Source: the human T2T-CHM13v2.0 reference genome, Homo sapiens. From it: DNA of 64,000 nt. The stretch lies in NCBI RefSeq assembly GCF_009914755.1, contig NC_060933.1; one strand, written 5' to 3'. The position numbers and the translations under genes were made by a program. Position 1 is the stretch's first letter, and the number at the start of each line of letters is the position of its first letter. The notes beneath the pieces are model-generated. The model made no database searches and was not told where the DNA came from. It saw only the letters and a program-made list of their open reading frames with translations. Positions 61,350 to 64,000 of the stretch are shown here, piece after piece.

Positions 61350-63480
61350 AGCAGGAAATACACATTTGTTATTGTCAACCACTGAATTTTACAAATGTTT
61401 GTTAGGCATCATTATTAAAGCAAAACTTTATTCAAAAAATGGTAGTAAGGATGGGATGCATTTCTCTGATGATTAGTGATATTGAGCATCTTTATATATT
61501 TGTTGGCTGCTTATATGTCTTCTTTTGAATCTAAAATAGAAGTTGAAATTTTAAAAAGAATGGCATGTAGCCGTGACAACAACCTAAAATATAGGGCATT
61601 GGCTTTGGAATGAGATAGTGAGGAAACTGTTGTAAATAACCTATAAATGGCAATCCATGGTATTTGGGGGTGAAATACTTGGTAAAACTGAAACCTAATG
61701 AACTATCATTCTCATCATAAATAATGACCTTCTAAATATTTTGTAACAATTTTGACATAAAATCTGTTTTATCTGATATTAGTATGGACACCCCATTTCT
61801 TTTTTGGTTACTACTTGCATGGAATACCTTTTCTCCATCTTTTCAACCAATTTTTCTCTTTGGATCTAAAGTGAGTCTTATCTGTGCATTGGGTACAGAA
61901 GTTTTGATGCAAATTGTTGATAGGATGAGCTGATTATTACTAGTTTCATTTGGAGTGGTGCCTCAAGAGAGGAACATAGAAAAAAATAATCAAAATTGAA
62001 AGGGAATATAGAATGATCAGAAACTCTAGAATTTAAACCTTCTAGAAAGTAAAAAAAAAATATTTTTTATCTTCACAAGCTGAAGATAAAATAAAGAAAT
62101 ATTTTGAGTTTAAAGGCTTTCTAAGACTCAGTTTCATGGTTATATCCCACATCAGGGACTCAATTTTAAAGAAATGGCTCCACAGCAAACATCAAAATAT
62201 GGATGTAGTTATCATATCTTCAGTTAGAAACTCTAAATGGCTTAATATGGGGCTCAGCAGATCATTATAATTGGACAAAATGCCTCCTATACTGGAGATG
62301 AAAGGTGTAATATCACTGGAGGAAGATATAGCCAAAGGACCTGGAAATGAGAGAGAGAGAGAGAGAGATTCTGCAAAAGGAATTCTGGGTATGACTTTTG
62401 ACATATAGGGCTGACTGGATCAAACTCATTGCCTAAAAAAAAATTACAAAAGTACATCAGGCTGAATTTAAGAATGAACAATAAAAGAGAACATTGGGGT
62501 TCCAAATTTATACAGGCAAGAAACAGGCTTAGGAAGCTGGTTAAGTTCTAAGAAAGTTATATTCTCTGATGGTCTTTTCAGATGTGGATGGATCGAAGGG
62601 TGGATCGAAGAACCATGTTGAACAATGGACTGGGGAGTCACTCCTAGAAGTTGTATCTAGGATCTAATCAGGGTGATTTACCACTCTCAGTGGGACTTGT
62701 GCCCTCAATTCTTTTCCAAATGAGGATGTTTACTGCAGTTAACGTATCTCTTTTCATTTTGTGTGTATGACTTGCCATATATACAAGCAGATGACTTGCC
62801 ACTTTAATTCATAAGTCTCTAGATCATGAGTTGCCAAATCAGTCCAATATAGATACTGTCATAAGATCCTAGACTTTGATCCTGATTGAATATGAGTCTT
62901 GGAGTATCATTGATTTACATCTAGGAGTGAAAATTGTGACAATAGGGCACACTGTGTTATATTGTTGGGGTAAGCAAACTATAAGCCATGGGCTATCTGG
63001 AACATAGCCATACTTTTGTGATGCTCTTTGCTATTTGACTCCTTTAAGGAAAAAGTTTGAAGACCTTTGGTATATTGTATTATTTGTCAAAAAATATTTT
63101 CCTTCTCCCCTTCCTCACCCAACTAATGCCATGTGAGCAGAGTGGAGATACTTCCTTGATCCATTATCTTTGGGTTTGATCATGTGATTTGTTTTGGCCA
63201 GTTGAATGTGGGTGGAAGGGTTACTATACAAGTTCTAATACGAAGTGCTAAGAGGCATTGCACATTTCTCTTCACCTCACTTGTGCTTAGACAACTCACC
63301 ATGATAGAAACATATGCTGGGTAACTGCTGGGCCCCAAATGAGAAAATACATCAAATATATCTCAGCTAAACCTTAACTTGGGCTAGGCCCAGGTTATCC
63401 TCACTAAGCTCTGCAAAGACCAAATGCACATGCAGAAAGATCTGTGACAGACGAAAGAATATTTGTTTTTATAAGCCACT
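61350..63480 (+). mobile_element. Decayed MLT1 MaLR (LTR end, internal region, LTR at ~63070-63480)
   Basis: MLT1-type LTR text (gatcatgtgatttgttttggccagttgaatgtgggtggaag; tgtttttataagccactg); approximate. Confidence 0.5.
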
Positions 63481-63481
63481 G

Positions 63482-64000
63482 TGTTATATGTAATAAATAA
63501 ATATTTGGTCTTTATTGACAATTCCTGGCACAAAGCTCCTAAGATCCCTGGAATTTACTATCTTTTGTATGCTAATGATATACCTGATAAGGGTGCCCTA
63601 GATGGCTTCATGGTGCGGGCTGGTCACCAGAAAATCCTATCATGTGATTAGAAGGTTAGAACTTTCAGCCCCACATCCCAGCCTCTGGGGAAGAGAAAGG
63701 GCTGGAAATTGAGTTCAGTCATCAATAGCCAATGATTTAACCAATCATGCCTTCATAATGACACCTCCATGAAAACTCTTGAACTATGAGATTCAGAGAG
63801 CTTCTGGGTTGGTAAACACATTGATGTGCCAGGAGGGTGGTCAGCCCAGAGAAGGCATAGAAGCTCTCCATCTCCCACCCCCTCCACTTCCTACCAATAC
63901 TCTGCTCTATGTATCTCTTCCATTTAGCTGCTCCTGAGCTGTATATTTTAAAATAAACGAGTAATTGTAAGTAAAGCACTTTTCTAATTTCTGTGAGTGG
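63482..64000 (+). mobile_element. MER21-like LTR (runs off the window end)
   Basis: ggctggtcaccagaaa...catgtgattagaaggttagaactttcagcccc...ccaatgatttaaccaatcatgcc. Confidence 0.8.

Overview
Human genomic DNA, shown by near-consensus AluYb8 and AluYa5 insertions (human-specific subfamilies). The window is AT-rich and repeat-dense, with no intact protein-coding gene, RNA gene or CRISPR array. Nearly all ORF-track entries are Alu, L1, LTR or VNTR read-throughs. The notable feature is a ~10 kb mosaic block (~26865-36700). From left to right it holds a truncated Alu arm, an old NUMT (COX3 plus the ATP6 3' end, minus strand) and one intact SPTLC1 exon with both splice sites and about 1.8 kb of intron-like sequence. 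It then joins abruptly to an NPAP1/UPF0607-like pseudogene on the minus strand. That pseudogene is split by an AluSc, which is in turn split by an SVA2-type VNTR retroposon. A GC-rich upstream region and an old L1 5' segment follow. On the minus strand, NPAP1-like 5' region + Alu arm + 40-bp VNTR + poly(A) has the layout of a VNTR-composite retrotransposon. Repeat subfamily and gene assignments come from recalled consensus or protein sequences, not from a database search.
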